DNA from: an uncultured archaeon | Lineage (GTDB): Archaea > Asgardarchaeota > Heimdallarchaeia > Heimdallarchaeales > Heimdallarchaeaceae | Length of the DNA stretch: 64,000 nucleotides | Assembly (NCBI GenBank): GCA_964534625.1 | Contig: CAZHRF010000005.1 | Coordinates: 1 to 64,000 of the forward strand | Direction: 5' to 3' | Shown here: piece by piece, positions 1 to 9,518 of the stretch | How the letters are laid out: every line of letters starts with the position of its first letter | Position numbering within the stretch: position 1 is the stretch's first letter | Notes under the pieces: model-generated | Databases searched by the model: none | Seen by the model: only the letters and a program-made list of their open reading frames with translations | Told to the model about the DNA's origin: nothing | Program-made: the position numbers and the translations under genes

Positions 1-1079
1 ATATTCTAACGACACACGATAAGATTACATTCATTCAGTTACACGCCATTCAAAAAACCCTACACAATATACCTAACATTGAATGTAAGGATTTGTCAGA
101 CCACTTTATAATCCCCGGTTTAATTGACCCTCACGTACATTTAACGGGAGGGGGAGGGGAGGATGGCCCTAAAAGTCGCGCACCTGAAGCTAGAATTGAC
201 GAATTATTAAGTGCTGGTATCACTACTGCTATTGGTGTTTTAGGTACTGACAGCATTTCTCGCAGTCTTGAAAATTTACTGTTTAAGGTAAAATCCCTTA
301 ATAGTCAAGGATTAACTGCTTTTATGTACACAGGCGCATATCGTGTACCCCCTCCTACTTTGACTGACTCTATTATGCGTGATATTTCTTTAATCCAAGA
401 GGTTATTGGACTTAAAACAGCTCTTTCTGATCATCGTAGTAGTCATATAACTTATGCTGAATTGGTTCGTTTAGCTAGTGATACACGGATAGGAGGAATG
501 ATATCAGGTAAAGCCGGTCTTGTTCATATCCACATGGGCAGTGAGGCATCTAAGATGGACTTATTATGGGATGTTCTTGACAATACAGATATCCCTATAA
601 CCCAGTTTTTGCCTACTCACATGAACCGAACTGATGAACTTCTTGATGAAGGTAAAAAGTGGTTAAAGAAAGGCGGTTGGATTGACTTAACTGCCTCAAA
701 AAGGTTACCTAAAGCGATAGCTGAATTGCGTGAAGAACGGGTACCCCTTAATGTTACAATTTCTTCTGACGCGTATGGTAGTGCCCCAAAATTCAACGAA
801 AATGGTTCGTTCATGGGTATGACTATCGCCAAACCAACAAGTGTTTTTGAAGTAATTAAAGCCCTTTATTTCGAATTCAATTGGAAATTGGAAGAAATTA
901 TTCCTCTCTTTACTGAAAATCCTGCCAAGGTGTTAGGTCTTTCTAAAAAAGGTAAAATTGAGGTTGGGTATGATGCTGATTTCCTTGTTTTAAACAACGA
1001 TTTAGAGTTACGATATGTTATCAGTAGAGGGAAGGTCCTCAAATCTCCCGATTGGCTTTTTAAGGGCTATTTTAGTTAA
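1..1079 (+). CDS. iadA: Isoaspartyl dipeptidase (beta-aspartyl peptidase), 5'-partial
   Basis: PGLIDPHVHLTGGGGE, KTALSDHRSS, HIHMG, PTHMNR and SSD amidohydrolase motifs. The frame is open from position 3 (ILTTHDKI...), so the true start lies upstream of the window rather than at 93. Confidence 0.9.
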   Translation, partial: ILTTHDKITFIQLHAIQKTLHNIPNIECKDLSDHFIIPGLIDPHVHLTGGGGEDGPKSRAPEARIDELLSAGITTAIGVLGTDSISRSLENLLFKVKSLNSQGLTAFMYTGAYRVPPPTLTDSIMRDISLIQEVIGLKTALSDHRSSHITYAELVRLASDTRIGGMISGKAGLVHIHMGSEASKMDLLWDVLDNTDIPITQFLPTHMNRTDELLDEGKKWLKKGGWIDLTASKRLPKAIAELREERVPLNVTISSDAYGSAPKFNENGSFMGMTIAKPTSVFEVIKALYFEFNWKLEEIIPLFTENPAKVLGLSKKGKIEVGYDADFLVLNNDLELRYVISRGKVLKSPDWLFKGYFS

Positions 1080-2052
1080 TATCTGCTACTATTATTATTT
1101 CTTCTTTTTTTCTCTTCTTTTGTTTCTTCAAATAAGGTGATGCTGACGTTAACGCTATTCCTGCTAGCATTATTATTGCATAGACTATCGATGTTACTGA
1201 AGGTATTTGTCCTAACACAATAATTCCCAATATTGTTGCCCCTATTGGTTCTCCCACTATTGCTACTCCCACTATAAATGCTGGTAATCTTCTCATTGAA
1301 TAATTATAGGTTGCATGCCCCACTAGCGATGGTCCTATCGCCAATAATCCAAATAACAAAAATAGTAATGATGAATGATTGATTAATTCATACCCACGGA
1401 TCAGATTGTAGATCAATAATGATATACCCGAGATAAGGTTTACTAACCCAAAGTATGGCCACAAAGGTGAGTCTATCAGTATTTTTTTTCCTATGAGAAA
1501 ATAGAATGTTACAGCCAATGCACCTATAACAGCCAGAACTATACCCACCAGCGGATTCGTTGCTGTTACTCCTTCTTCTGATTTTGCAAAAGCCAATAAT
1601 ATTCCCCCTCCAACTGTTATTATTATTCCTACTATTCCTATCCAGTTTACTTTTTCCTTAAAGAACACAAATCCAAAAATCGCTAGAAATATAGGTACGG
1701 TATCTACCATTGTTGTTGATATGGCAACAGACACATATTCTAATGATACAAACCATGTTGCAAAATGGACAGCCAATAATACTCCTGCTAGAATTATCCA
1801 GTGATATTTTTTAATTGTTGATCGTTTTTTTATCCAACCGATATCTTTCTTACCCAGAGAGATTAATAACGCCCCCATTCCCGCAAATAGTGTTCTATAC
1901 ATTGCTGTTACTTCTGATCTCACATTAGCTTGTTGAAGTTTGACCACAATTACTGCAGCAAATGATACGGCTATAATAGCTAAAGCTAAAAGCAAATAGG
2001 GAAGTAGGGTAATCCACTTTTTTTCTTCTTTCTCTGTTTGTTGCTCTGTCAT
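1072..2052 (-). CDS. DMT/EamA family transporter
   Basis: About 10 hydrophobic segments; LAVHFATWFVSL and GEPIGATILG motifs of two EamA repeats. Confidence 0.85.
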   Translation of the reverse strand: MTEQQTEKEEKKWITLLPYLLLALAIIAVSFAAVIVVKLQQANVRSEVTAMYRTLFAGMGALLISLGKKDIGWIKKRSTIKKYHWIILAGVLLAVHFATWFVSLEYVSVAISTTMVDTVPIFLAIFGFVFFKEKVNWIGIVGIIITVGGGILLAFAKSEEGVTATNPLVGIVLAVIGALAVTFYFLIGKKILIDSPLWPYFGLVNLISGISLLIYNLIRGYELINHSSLLFLLFGLLAIGPSLVGHATYNYSMRRLPAFIVGVAIVGEPIGATILGIIVLGQIPSVTSIVYAIIMLAGIALTSASPYLKKQKKRKKEEIIIVADIN

Positions 2053-2133
2053 TTTACCAGCACCTATTTTTACGCTCGTTTTTGTAATATTTTATTTAGT
2101 TTTGTTTCTAATTAACATGGTTTTCCAGTAGTT

Positions 2134-3381
2134 CTATGCACCATACTTGGGCATACGTCTCATCTCATTTAACAATATGTTTAGGAGATATTTGCCTTTA
2201 ATTCTACTTAGTCCACCATCGTATGCATATCGTTCTCCAAACTTTTTCACTCCATCAGCTATACAATCTTTTGAATAGATTAGAACAGGCAAAGGATCTG
2301 CAGAGTGATCTTTGAATGAACAAGGGGTACTATGGTCACCAGTTATCATTATCACCACATCCTCCCCACAATTTTCTGGTAGGCATATTTCCAATGCTTC
2401 ATCTACCTTTTCTATGAACATTTTTTTACCGATAGCATTTCCATCATGTCCATAATTATCTGTTCCTTTTAGATGCAGAAACACAAAATCGTAGGTTTTC
2501 AGTGCTTTTTTTGCTGTTTCTATTTTCTTTTTGATGTTTGTATTCGTCGCTCCAGTAAATTCTATATCTTCTATCACGTCCATCTCTAACATCCTAGCTA
2601 CACCTTTATAGAGTCCCCCTCCTGCTATACATACTGACTTTAATCCATGTTCTTTCTCAAAATTGGGCATTTTTGGTACTTTTCCCGCCCCTCTTATCAA
2701 TAAATAATTAGCGGGGAGTAATCCTTGTTCTTTTCTTTCTTTATTGAATGGATGATTGTTCAATAATTCATGTGCTTTCTTTGCAAACTTCGTTAGTATA
2801 TCTGCTGTTTTTTTTGCTTCAAATGTTTGTTTCTTTACTTTAAAGGCATACGGTTTTTTTCCTTCTTTCTTTGGATCATTTCCTGTTACATCGTGTGATA
2901 ATCCTTGTCCTCTTAGTACCATTGCGGCTCTATGTTCCACCCCATCTTCGAATATTACTTGTACTCCATCTATTTCTATTTTTTCAAATAGTTTAGCTAA
3001 TTCTTTTGTTCCTTCTTTTATTCTTCCTGCCCTTCTATCTTTTACATATCCGTCTTCATCTATTGTTGCAAAATTTACTCTAAAAGCCACATCTCCTTCT
3101 TTTACTTTTAGTCCCACTCCTGATGCTTCAAAAGGCCCTCTTCCCGTATAATATTCAAATGGGTCTACTCCAAATAATGCCATGTGTGCTGTATCGCTTC
3201 CAGGTGTTACGCCTGGCGCTATTGTGTCCATTAATCCCGTTAATCCTTTTTCAACCAATTTATCCATATTGGATGTTTTTGCTGCTTCTAATGGTGTTTG
3301 ATTGTTTAAATCTGGATGGGGTCTGTCTCCTAGTCCATCCATTATGACAAATAGTAATTTCATATATACCAAAAACAGCAT
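2134..3381 (-). CDS. apgM: 2,3-bisphosphoglycerate-independent phosphoglycerate mutase, archaeal type
   Basis: MDGLGDRP, TPGSDTAH, DRRAGRI, HLKGTDNYGHDG and TGDHSTP motifs; likely start at the internal MKLLF. Confidence 0.93.
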   Translation of the reverse strand: MLFLVYMKLLFVIMDGLGDRPHPDLNNQTPLEAAKTSNMDKLVEKGLTGLMDTIAPGVTPGSDTAHMALFGVDPFEYYTGRGPFEASGVGLKVKEGDVAFRVNFATIDEDGYVKDRRAGRIKEGTKELAKLFEKIEIDGVQVIFEDGVEHRAAMVLRGQGLSHDVTGNDPKKEGKKPYAFKVKKQTFEAKKTADILTKFAKKAHELLNNHPFNKERKEQGLLPANYLLIRGAGKVPKMPNFEKEHGLKSVCIAGGGLYKGVARMLEMDVIEDIEFTGATNTNIKKKIETAKKALKTYDFVFLHLKGTDNYGHDGNAIGKKMFIEKVDEALEICLPENCGEDVVIMITGDHSTPCSFKDHSADPLPVLIYSKDCIADGVKKFGERYAYDGGLSRIKGKYLLNILLNEMRRMPKYGA

Positions 3382-3496
3382 ACCAACAAAAATCTTTTCT
3401 ATCCACCATTTTTTAATTGAGTTGAAGTATGTTTAACTATCCCTTGTTTTTTCTATTTCATCGTAGACTTTTTAAGTTACTATGTCTGCCAATGGT

Positions 3497-3586
3497 TTGA
3501 GGACAAATGAAAGGTGAGTGTGTTCCGAACCTATAAACATATCTTTTCTTCTTATGCAAGGTTAGGCCATTTCACTCTGTCGTCAA
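3497..3586 (+). promoter_or_regulatory. Putative structured 5' leader of proS
   Basis: TTGA-G-GACA-AA-TGAAA-GG pairs with CC-A-TTTCA-CTC-TGTC-G-TCAA; inner AACCT/AGGTT stem; TATA-like TTTTTAAG about 25 nt upstream. Confidence 0.4.
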
Positions 3587-3622
3587 TAATTTATTCTACT
3601 AACACTATTCAAGGGATTCATA

Positions 3623-5059
3623 ATGTCAGTTTTTACAAAAAATAAAGATGAAGATTTTATGGCGTGGTATTTAGAGATTGTTCGCCGCTCTCAAATCGTC
3701 GATACCCGTACAGACGTGAAAGGATGTAATGTCCTCATGGCTAATGGTTATGATATCTGGGAACGGATGAAGAATATTTTAGATCAGAAATTTTTAGACA
3801 CTAATCACAAAAATATGTATTTTCCCCTTTTAATTCCTGAGCATTTCCTTACTGCTGAATCAGAGCATTTTGAAGGATTTGTTCCTGAAGTTGGTTGGGT
3901 TACCCAAGTAGGTGATAAACCTTTAGAGGAAAAATATGCTCTTCGTCCTACTTCTGAGACTATCATGTATCATATGTATTCTCAATGGGTTCGCGCCTAT
4001 ACCGATTTACCTCTCAAAGTTAACCAATGGTGTAATATTATCCGTATTGATACTAAGGATACAAAACCCTTACTTCGTGACCGTGAGTTTCAGTGGACAG
4101 AAGTTCATACTGCTCATGAAACACCCGAAGAGGCCGAAAATCAAGTTAAAGAATCAATGGACATCTATGGTTCTTTCTTTGATGAGTGTTGTTTACCTTA
4201 TTTTGTCTTTAAACGCCCTAAACACGATACTTTTCCTGGTGCAGATTATTCTGTAGCCTACGATTGTACCTTACCTGATGGTAAAACTCTTCAAATTGGT
4301 ACCACTCACAATCTTTCTCAAGGTTTCAGTAAAGTATTTCATATACGCTTTCAGAAAGCAGATGGTTCCCATGATCATGTATACCAGACTTGCTATGGCC
4401 TTTCTACTCGTGTCATTGCAGCTGTAATTGGTGTTCATGGTGATAATAATGGGTTAGTTTTACCTCCCTATTTAGCTCCTACTCAAGTTGTAATTATTCC
4501 TATTATTTTCAAAGGTAAAGAGGAGATGGTTGATGAAGGTGCCAAAGAGATACTCCAGTTAATCAAAGACTCTGGTTTACGAGTACGCTATGATAATAGT
4601 GACAAAACAGCTGGTTGGAAGTTTAATGAATATGAACTACTTGGAGTACCTATCCGTGTTGAAGTAGGTCCTCGTGATATTAAAAAGGGCGGCGCTATGT
4701 TAGTACGCCGAGATACAGGGGATAAAACTTTTGTTGAAAAAGATAAAATTGTTTCTACAATTACCAACTTGTTTGATGACATCACTTTAAACTTACAAGC
4801 TAACGCCAAGGAGTTATTAGATCACTCTTTATCTGAAGCTACTACTTGGGATGATCTTACAGAAATCTTTAATCGTGATAAACCTGGAGTCGTCCGAACA
4901 AATTGGTGTGGAGACATTGTTTGTTCTGATAAAATTAAGGATGGCTTAAAAGCTAATATTCTTGGAACAAAATACAATGAAGAAGAAGAACCTTTTGCTC
5001 CTTGTTCTGTTTGTCAAGAAGAAGCTAAATATGTTGTATATATTGCTAAAACCTATTAA
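3623..5059 (+). CDS. proS: Proline--tRNA ligase, archaeal/eukaryotic type
   Basis: ALRPTSET, QWCNIIR, REFQWTEVHTAH and QTCYGLSTR motifs; anticodon-binding domain; Cys-rich C-terminus ending AKTY. Confidence 0.97.
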   Translation: MSVFTKNKDEDFMAWYLEIVRRSQIVDTRTDVKGCNVLMANGYDIWERMKNILDQKFLDTNHKNMYFPLLIPEHFLTAESEHFEGFVPEVGWVTQVGDKPLEEKYALRPTSETIMYHMYSQWVRAYTDLPLKVNQWCNIIRIDTKDTKPLLRDREFQWTEVHTAHETPEEAENQVKESMDIYGSFFDECCLPYFVFKRPKHDTFPGADYSVAYDCTLPDGKTLQIGTTHNLSQGFSKVFHIRFQKADGSHDHVYQTCYGLSTRVIAAVIGVHGDNNGLVLPPYLAPTQVVIIPIIFKGKEEMVDEGAKEILQLIKDSGLRVRYDNSDKTAGWKFNEYELLGVPIRVEVGPRDIKKGGAMLVRRDTGDKTFVEKDKIVSTITNLFDDITLNLQANAKELLDHSLSEATTWDDLTEIFNRDKPGVVRTNWCGDIVCSDKIKDGLKANILGTKYNEEEEPFAPCSVCQEEAKYVVYIAKTY

Positions 5060-5166
5060 TGTGGTTGTTTTCTCCTTTTTATTTTTTTTTGTTTATATTT
5101 CTTCATCAAATGCAAAGCTTTTTTATGCTAATAAAACTAAGTAATCTGTAATTAGTTTAATTCAAG

Positions 5167-5568
5167 TTGATTCCTATGTCAGTTAATTTATCATCTGAAA
5201 TCAAAAGACAATTAGTACGCATACTAAAGCAGATTTCACAAGGATGTGAACTCGAAGCTTTAGCTGTCATTAATTCTGAAGGTCTAAAAGTAGCCTTTTT
5301 TGCTGAAAAAGGAACAGACCCTGATCTGTTAGCGGCTGTTTCTTCTGCCATAACAAGTACTGGAAGAATGGTCACCTCACAACTAGAACATGGAAAATTA
5401 GAACAAATGTTAGTCAGAGGAAAAGAAGGTTTTACCATTCTCTCAGATGTTGGTGAATACATTCTTATTGGGGCCTCTCATGATCTACATAATGTTGGTC
5501 TCGCTATACAAGTTATTAAAAGGTATACCTCTGATGTGCGAGAGATTTTAGCAAAGTCAGTAGGATAA
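5167..5568 (+). CDS. Roadblock/LC7 domain protein
   Basis: AVINSEGL...LLAAVSSAI...LEHGKLEQMLVRGKEG pattern; about 130 aa. Confidence 0.88.
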   Translation: MIPMSVNLSSEIKRQLVRILKQISQGCELEALAVINSEGLKVAFFAEKGTDPDLLAAVSSAITSTGRMVTSQLEHGKLEQMLVRGKEGFTILSDVGEYILIGASHDLHNVGLAIQVIKRYTSDVREILAKSVG

Positions 5569-5671
5569 AACTTTTTTCAATTTTTTTGTGTTAGCTTGGG
5601 TGTTCACATTATTGACACACACCATACTTTATATAGTTAATAAACGTTAGCACTATTTGGTGATATAAATC

Positions 5672-6496
5672 ATGTCAAGTGTCACAACTTTAAAAGATGG
5701 AAGTACGTCCCCCATTAGTTTTACATATTTGAGGAAATTCAATTTAGTTATGGGAATTCTCCATTTTATTCAAGGAATTACAATGTTTATCTTGGGGTTC
5801 TCAGTAGATCTATTCAGAGAGTTCTCAGTACCAATTATTACTACATATAACGAGATCTATGTGGAAAATGGTCAAGTTGGTAGCAGATTAGCGACAGTAG
5901 AGCTTTTTGAGTTTAGTGCAGTAGGTCCCACGGTTGGTTCTTTTCTTTTATTATCAGCCATAGCTCATTTACTTATAGCAGGACCTTTGTACAACTATTA
6001 TGTTGAAAATCTAGAGAAAAAAATGAATCCTATCCGATGGTTCGAATATGCAGTATCTAGCAGTATTATGGTCAGTTTTATAGCCCTATTCTTTGGGGTA
6101 AGAGATATCATGGTACTTGGCTTAATGTTTGGCGTTAATGCATTAATGAATTTGTTTGGACATGTGATGGAAGTACATAACCAAACTACTGAAAAAACCA
6201 ATTGGTTGTCTTATATTTATGGCTGGATTGCGGGTATGATGCCTTGGGTAGTTTTGGGAATTCTCTTTGGTATTAATGCAGCTGATGCGGAAACCATGCC
6301 TTGGTTTGTGCCTGTCATATTCTTTGTCCAGTTTATACTATTCATGTCATTTGCCTTTAACATGTTACTTCAATATAAGCAAGTTGGACCTTGGAAAGAT
6401 TATCTTTTTGGAGAACAGGTATATCAAATTTTAAGTTTGGTAGCTAAAACGCTTTTGGCGTGGTTGGTCTTTGCCGGTGTTTTACAGCCTATGTAA
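5672..6496 (+). CDS. Heliorhodopsin
   Basis: LRKFNLVMGILHFIQG, NPIRWFEYAVSSSIM and retinal-binding YQILSLVAK motifs; 7 TM segments; GGTGA RBS upstream. Confidence 0.95.
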   Translation: MSSVTTLKDGSTSPISFTYLRKFNLVMGILHFIQGITMFILGFSVDLFREFSVPIITTYNEIYVENGQVGSRLATVELFEFSAVGPTVGSFLLLSAIAHLLIAGPLYNYYVENLEKKMNPIRWFEYAVSSSIMVSFIALFFGVRDIMVLGLMFGVNALMNLFGHVMEVHNQTTEKTNWLSYIYGWIAGMMPWVVLGILFGINAADAETMPWFVPVIFFVQFILFMSFAFNMLLQYKQVGPWKDYLFGEQVYQILSLVAKTLLAWLVFAGVLQPM

Positions 6497-6646
6497 CAAA
6501 TAAACAATGTTACTTTTTTTATTTTTATTCTTATCGTTAGATTATAATTGTTAAGCGATAGTAAGAAAACTTAATCTTTTAGCTTGCCATATTTATTATG
6601 AAAAAACCAGTAAACCTGAGCATTAAAAAGATAGTTATGAAATATC

Positions 6647-7384
6647 TTATCGCTTCATAGCTTTTACTTTAAGTTCTTTAGGCATCTTTTCAATTGCATA
6701 ACGGAGGGATAACCTGGGCATTCTTTCTTTATTTTTCATTACGTAATTGAACACCGCTTCTTGGAAGTGTTTTGATCCTTCTTTTAACATCCACCCATAT
6801 CCCTTTACAACATATTTCTCTGTATCATTCAATAATGAATCTGCTACCTCAAAACATTGCTGTTTAAATTTTCCTCTTCGAAGTCCATAAATTAGCGAAA
6901 CAGCTGATGCTCTTCTGACCCAAACAATAGGCGATTTACTCCATTGTTGTGCCACTGTCGTATATTCAGGAAACGTATAAAGAAAGTATCCTAATGCATG
7001 AGTACACAAATCGTCCGTACTTCCCCATCCGGTCACATATGTCTTCAGCCATCTCTCTAGTATTTTGAAATGCTTCTTTCCATATTGTTTTTTTACTCTA
7101 AAAAACCATTGAAAGGCTATAATGCGTAATTCGCTTATGTTTCTTTCCAATAATCTTTCACAAAATATAGCTATATCATCAATATCAGTAATTCCTGTTT
7201 TTTTGAGTTTATTGAAATACAGTTTGCCTATATCCCTTACTACTGGCGTTTTTACCCCATAATATGTAATGCTTTTTTTTTCTCTTTCTTCTATTTTTCC
7301 AATTTTTTTTTCATCTGCTTCTTTTAGAATTGTATTTTCTATTTCAACTGTTAAAGCATAAGGATCCTCGGATATATTTTTCAC
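6647..7384 (-). CDS. AlkD-like DNA alkylation repair protein
   Basis: YGVKTP, WGSTDDLC, WVRRAS, KGYGWMLKE and LRYAIEKM HEAT-like motifs. Confidence 0.88.
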   Translation of the reverse strand: MKNISEDPYALTVEIENTILKEADEKKIGKIEEREKKSITYYGVKTPVVRDIGKLYFNKLKKTGITDIDDIAIFCERLLERNISELRIIAFQWFFRVKKQYGKKHFKILERWLKTYVTGWGSTDDLCTHALGYFLYTFPEYTTVAQQWSKSPIVWVRRASAVSLIYGLRRGKFKQQCFEVADSLLNDTEKYVVKGYGWMLKEGSKHFQEAVFNYVMKNKERMPRLSLRYAIEKMPKELKVKAMKR

Positions 7385-7424
7385 TTTTTATTCCCCTTTT
7401 CTTCTCTTTTTTCGCTGTTTTGTT

Positions 7425-9407
7425 TTATGCATTCCTTATCTGGTATAGAAGATACCCCATCATTTTTCTTGCATGGTTCCAAAATAGTTTATCTTCTATT
7501 AATCCCTCATCGTTTACCCAGAACCCTTCTTCTTTAAGCAAAGTTTGTGAATTAAGCGCTTCTGTCATCAATTCGTGTGCTGTCTTTTCTTTATTTAGAT
7601 AGTCTTGAGCCAGAGTACTGTTAAAATCATTTTCTTCCAAAAACTCATACCATTCTATAGCCTCAGTTACACCAAAATCTCCTTGCCAAGTATATCCGGG
7701 TATGGCTTTTTCTATATCGTAGATATATTCTACTTTTCTTCCTTCACCCCCCTCTGCAATACCATATATGGGTAAGTTAGTCTCTAACTCATATAATCTC
7801 GCATAACCTTGTGTACTTATACCATTAGTCTGTATCGTCTGTATCGTAGTAGAATGTTTTAACCAGTTTACTGCTTCTTCTACTGGTGTCATCCACCCTC
7901 TATCTTGAGTTCTCAAAAACATTTCAGATAATATCCATATAGCATCTACTGTATCTTCTACTGAAAAACTTGGTGGTTCAAATGGTCTTCCCCATGCTGG
8001 TTTTCCTTCTAAAGAGTATTGTTGTGCCCATCCTTGTTGTAATGGTGCGCCTTCTTCACCTTGATAATCTATAAGAAACTCAGCTGCTCTTCTAGCAGCT
8101 CTCAGATACCTTTCTTCACCCAAAATATCATACGCTTTTAAATATAGAAAGAATGTGTTTTTCATGCAACCATTTTTCAATGTAACATATGAGGGATAGG
8201 TATTGTCTGGATAATTGGATTTTTGTATCCAGCCACCTAAAGATGTTCTCATCTCATTTATTGCTTTCATTCCTTGATTAATTGCTGTTAAAAACGCAAC
8301 TTCGTGTGTCAGATTGTACATATCTAAAAGAAAACTTAAACATGATTGCATAGTGTTGCCATCTAGGATAGCTGAACGTCGATAATTGGCGGGATGAGGG
8401 TCATAGGGAGTCATATCTGGATACAACATGCCATCATAATAAAACCCTCCAGTACGAGAATCTTGAACCTTAATAAGAGCCTTGGCTGTTTCAAACGCCA
8501 CTCCCAAATAATCTGGATTCGGTTCTACTAACATGTACATATCCAAAAATACCTTTGCTATATTTGGTGTGCTCATTTGTAAACTAAACTCAAACGGATG
8601 GTAAGGAGATGATAAGCCTTTATGTCCATAGTAAGAAGATCCATCGGGTTGAACGTACATAGAAAAACCCCCTTGCCACGTTCTAGTTATAGACCATAAA
8701 GCAAATTCTAAAGACGTTAATAATTCTTGATTAATAGCTGTTTCATTATCTAATAAGGTATTATAATGAGAACCTTCTGGGAGTTGATAAGCTGGATCAT
8801 AGAACCCAATTGGCTGGTCATGAGGATGATATGACGTTACTAACCCAAAAATTAGAAAGATGAATCCTACTAAAAAGATAAAAATGAATGCATTAAATTT
8901 GATAAAAAAGCCTTTTTTTATATTATACGTTCGTTTTTCTAGTATTCTGTGTGTCAAAAACGGTATTAGAATTAAAGGAAAAAGAATAAGGACTGATGAA
9001 GTTAAGCCAGTAAAAAATTTCAATCCCAAAGAATAAACGGGATAAAACATTGTATCCCAAAAATTTGGATGTAAAAGTATTTCCAGAAACCCAAACATAA
9101 AAGAAAATATACCCAAAAGTAAAAACAATCCCAAAAAAACGTATAAAAGTGTAATATATTGTTCTCTTGAAAGAGAAAATAAAGAGGTCTGTGATTTGAA
9201 TAAAAAGTATTGATGTAAGCCAAATAGTAAAAGTAAAAGACCAAAGGCAAATAAGCTGATTGTAAGACTATAAGGTACAGTATAATAAGTAAATGAGCTT
9301 TTATCGAGTAAAGAATACATGATTGTAAAAAATATAGCTGAACCGATAAAGAGAGCACTAAAGAAGGCGAATATTGCAAAGTTAATGAAAGAGTTGTCAG
9401 ATGTCAA
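7425..9407 (-). CDS. Membrane-anchored PL10 (PelA-type) pectate lyase-like protein
   Basis: About 5 N-terminal TM helices, then GGWIQ and GWAQQY...PAWGRPFEPPS and ARLYELETNLPIY segments resembling PL10. Confidence 0.65.
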   Translation of the reverse strand: MTSDNSFINFAIFAFFSALFIGSAIFFTIMYSLLDKSSFTYYTVPYSLTISLFAFGLLLLLFGLHQYFLFKSQTSLFSLSREQYITLLYVFLGLFLLLGIFSFMFGFLEILLHPNFWDTMFYPVYSLGLKFFTGLTSSVLILFPLILIPFLTHRILEKRTYNIKKGFFIKFNAFIFIFLVGFIFLIFGLVTSYHPHDQPIGFYDPAYQLPEGSHYNTLLDNETAINQELLTSLEFALWSITRTWQGGFSMYVQPDGSSYYGHKGLSSPYHPFEFSLQMSTPNIAKVFLDMYMLVEPNPDYLGVAFETAKALIKVQDSRTGGFYYDGMLYPDMTPYDPHPANYRRSAILDGNTMQSCLSFLLDMYNLTHEVAFLTAINQGMKAINEMRTSLGGWIQKSNYPDNTYPSYVTLKNGCMKNTFFLYLKAYDILGEERYLRAARRAAEFLIDYQGEEGAPLQQGWAQQYSLEGKPAWGRPFEPPSFSVEDTVDAIWILSEMFLRTQDRGWMTPVEEAVNWLKHSTTIQTIQTNGISTQGYARLYELETNLPIYGIAEGGEGRKVEYIYDIEKAIPGYTWQGDFGVTEAIEWYEFLEENDFNSTLAQDYLNKEKTAHELMTEALNSQTLLKEEGFWVNDEGLIEDKLFWNHARKMMGYLLYQIRNA

Positions 9408-9518
9408 GCAGAAATAAATGGAGATTAAAGAGTTTTAAGGATTATTGTCAATAGTATACTAACAATTCTAACACTAGCATTTAGTTGTTAAGTGAATAAA
9501 AATGAAAAATGAATAGTT

